A stretch of 35,993 nucleotides of DNA from Psammoneis japonica (taxonomy: Eukaryota). The notes under the pieces are model-generated. The model worked only from the letters and a program-made list of their open reading frames with translations. It was not told the DNA's origin and did not search any database. Below, one piece after another: positions 33,121 to 35,993 of this stretch. How positions within the stretch are numbered: the stretch's first letter is position 1; each line of letters begins with the position of its first letter. The DNA lies in contig QPGO01000282.1 of NCBI GenBank assembly GCA_008632985.1, positions 38,377 to 74,369 of the forward strand, written 5' to 3'. Made by a program: the position numbers and the translations under genes.

Positions 33121-34331
33121 GAAACATTTTAAAAATGATTCAGATTCAATTTGTTCGAGAGGCCTGCGGACTTCCATGAGATGCTGCACATTGCTACGTA
33201 GAGAGCAGCACCGAGCTTTGAAAGGTTGAACCAGACTCGGTATCGAAATACAAATCCAATCAAGCACGGTCTGGACCAGCACTTGATGCAATTTTCTATT
33301 TTCCATATGCATGAAAATGAAAGGCATAAGAAACACACGAGTGTGACTGAGATTAACTTGTGAAGAAACAAAAGCATTCTGACAATTCCCATAGTTCTCC
33401 CAATGCTGTCTTACCGTCGATGCTTGGTTCCGTCGATATGGTGCGATGGTATCGTTCAGCACCGAACTTGATGTCAATGGCTTCACCCGAAGCATAACGA
33501 TGACGGCGGTATTTGGCACAACGTTGAGCTTCAAGGTTCTCTTCTGCCACTTGTCTGGAATGTCCATGTCATATTTTTGACGTTGGTATTTGGCTTTTTC
33601 AAAGGGATCACGGTGTTACGGCTGTTGCTGTTGTCATAAAGAGAAGCGACGGCAGCAGCGACAGTTGGCTGTGCTATCAGTCCTCTTCTGTTACAGCACT
33701 CTGCAACGCATAAACGTGTCTTAATCGCCACCGCAGGAGCACGGCAGAAGGAATACTCCTGGCCACGCATGAACTAGATAAAAAATATTGTTGGATAAAT
33801 CCGGAGACTCGCATGAGTATTTGAATCTCCCTGATCGATTGGACAAATGCCGAATTCGCCAGCAACGACTCATCCGGGCGCAAGGAGTACCGATTCATAA
33901 CTGGCAGGAAAGGAGCAAAAATCACGCGTCCTTGATGCAGGACAGTCCAGCTGGATATCTCAGAGGATCGTCGCGAAATGAGAACTCGCTTCCTCGTCTT
34001 CACCAAGCGAGGGAGCAAGCGTAGCGCATTCCCACCCGGGCACCCAGCTCTGCAATCGGTGGACTACATATGATGATACCGCCCTCATAAGCTCCTTCGT
34101 AGTGGCTGGCTCTGGTTGATCTTGATAGGTCCCTGCCATGTAGGCAATAATTCGGCCAGTTTCCCAGAAAACTGCTGTTCTTCCAAATGCATTTCGGTAA
34201 TGAAGGAAAACCCAATTACTCTCGTCGTATTAGTCCCGTGATCCGTGACCACAACGACAACACAGAGTCCAGTGAAGCGAGAGACTGCAATAGCAGGCTG
34301 GCACTGAGCATGAATCTAATGACTGCCTCCG

Positions 34332-35220
34332 TCACTTTTTATTCTTCTTGCCCTTTCTTTGCATAATCGGCAACATTTCCGCACGTCGGTCAGTCGTAAC
34401 CTCCCTGTTCAGTCCTTGGTACCTCAAATTGTGGTTGGCAAATCCAAACTTTTTGTCTTGCATGACTTTTGGTATATTATGTTTGTCTACTCGATCGGCT
34501 CCTGACGCTGTCATGCTGTATTCTGAGGACGGTGCCGGATATCGGTTTCATCTCCCAACTAGTCATCGTCCACGTGAAAGGCACCCCGGTGGTGATAACG
34601 TTGCATGAAGCTGTACTTCGTTTTGTCCTTGGTCTGTTCGTTATTGTCACGAAGATTCACGATTTCTTCATCCGCATGTTTCGTTGTCGACTTTGGATCC
34701 TCGTCACCTGGTATTTCATTTGTGGGGCCACCACCCTCTTCTTGCTCGTCTTGACTTCTTGCTCGTCTTGAAGAATGGTGATAGTAGTCTGTTCGTCCAT
34801 GGCAGCCTTGGCCACCATGGCTCTTGATTCCATAATTATTTGCTTTTCCTTTTTTTGCTTGACAGGTCGCTCCTTTTCTTTGCCTCTAGCTCTGCTTGCT
34901 CGGCTTGTATTTGAATCTTTCTCTTGTGTTTTGGAACAAAGACTGGTTTGATACGGACTTCTTCTTCAGACGATGATGACTCTTCACGTCTTCACTACCA
35001 CTGCTGCTACTGCTCTCGAAGGAGGACGATGTCTTGACGGGTTTCTTTGGAGGAGATTTCAGCAGGAAGTTACTTGACGTCTATGATTCTGATTCGGCAG
35101 TTTCTGACGGTGATACTAGCACGGGACTTTTGTCTGAATTCCCTTATTCCTGTAGTTTATTGTGCGTTCGTTTGCGGCGATTGTCAACCGATGAGTCGTC
35201 GTCACTATCAGCCTTGTTAT
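34332..35220 (-). pseudogene. MFAP1: MFAP1 (spliceosomal B-complex protein) pseudogene
   Basis: An acidic/Ser-rich region, then 'IKPVFVPKHKR', 'ESRAMVA', 'KYSFMQRYHHRGAFHVDDD', 'ASGADRVDK..IPKVMQDKKFGFAN..RYQGL.REVTTD'. In-frame TAG at 34561-34559, plus other stops and frameshifts. The 5' end is approximate. Confidence 0.85.
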
Positions 35221-35917
35221 AATTAGATGACGATTAGTGGCTCGATCATATTCCCATTTTTTTGGATAGCCCCTCTCAAACGCCCTTTGATCTTTCCCTC
35301 AAACGATGGTCCAGAAGCAAAGTTGTGATTCCGCGAGAATCTAGAATTAACCATGCCGTCGTTTCGGCTCGTCCCAAATCAGATGCATGGTGCCTCAACA
35401 AAGTAGGCAACAATGGTGATTTGCACTCTGCTTTTGCCTGCGCGTCACTCAAATTTCATGAGCAGCGAGTCTAGTTGTTCCGCACTCCACTTCCGTCGAG
35501 ATTGGCCTGTGTCTCGCCATGAGCACACAAAGTAGAATCGAACAATAAAAGTCCACAGACACCCGCCCGTTTTCAGGTGTCGTCGTGCAAACGCGCTGCT
35601 CTCGCGTTGACGTAGCAGCCTTTCGTATCCGGGTTCAATCTTCAATCTGGACGCACTCACTTCTCGCTTGAGTCGTCCCGTGGCTCGTGACATTTTACTA
35701 GCTAGCGAGCATCATGCTGCTTTTCGTTTCTGCATAGCCATACACGTATTCGCTGCGCTGTCGAGAATCGACAATCCTGTCGAGCAGAACAGCTCTTTTC
35801 ACGAGGTAAATAGGTATGCTCTTGAGGATCTACCGCAATTTACAGTTTGACGGCAGCGGTGCGCCAACATTGTTTCTTCTTGCACCGCTGTCGTCTCTAT
35901 CGTCGTCTCATCGACAC

Positions 35918-35993
35918 TGCGGGTGATTGTTTGGTTGGCCAGATGTCTCTAGACGGGGTGTTATTAACACATAGAGCACGTTGCATGATCTCG
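35918..35993. repeat. Diverged dispersed copy of the 29450-29535 segment, running off the window end
   Basis: ggtgattgttt.gtt...tctctaga.gg.gtgtta.taa.acatagagc.cgttg.atga aligns with 29454-29530. Confidence 0.8.

Noticed and set aside
32707..33567. 286-aa ORF as an intact lipase
   Set aside because: The catalytic Ser is lost, the Asp-region motifs lie in other frames, and the N-terminal half has no lipase motifs.

Overview
Eukaryotic genomic DNA, most likely a diatom (inferred from a CoDi-like copia relic, a diatom-type class C GPCR, short GT-AG introns and a Crypton-type recombinase). The window is a mosaic of compositional domains. In ~1-4100 and ~13930-26390 the dinucleotide TpA is almost absent and CpG is strongly reduced, both apparently converted to TpG/CpA. 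In ~4100-8700 TpA is partly lost while CpG is largely kept. In ~8770-13900 and ~26390-35993 composition is ordinary. The ordinary parts hold an LRR gene, an intact PIN1, a spliced secreted protein with 13 'GACC' six-cysteine repeats, a hypothetical gene, and conventionally decayed class-3 lipase and MFAP1 pseudogenes. The TpA-poor parts hold relics: copia pol, a class C GPCR, a Tudor/SH3-like repeat gene, a flavodoxin/CPR-type diflavin reductase, and a ~12.5 kb block headed by a Crypton-like tyrosine recombinase. In these relics conserved Tyr codons read as Cys or His, including the recombinase's predicted catalytic Tyr. The main candidate for a new system is a region-targeted, context-specific TpA->TpG/CpA hypermutation, the mirror image of fungal RIP. 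All protein family calls come from motif recognition by eye, with no database search, and all counts are by eye.
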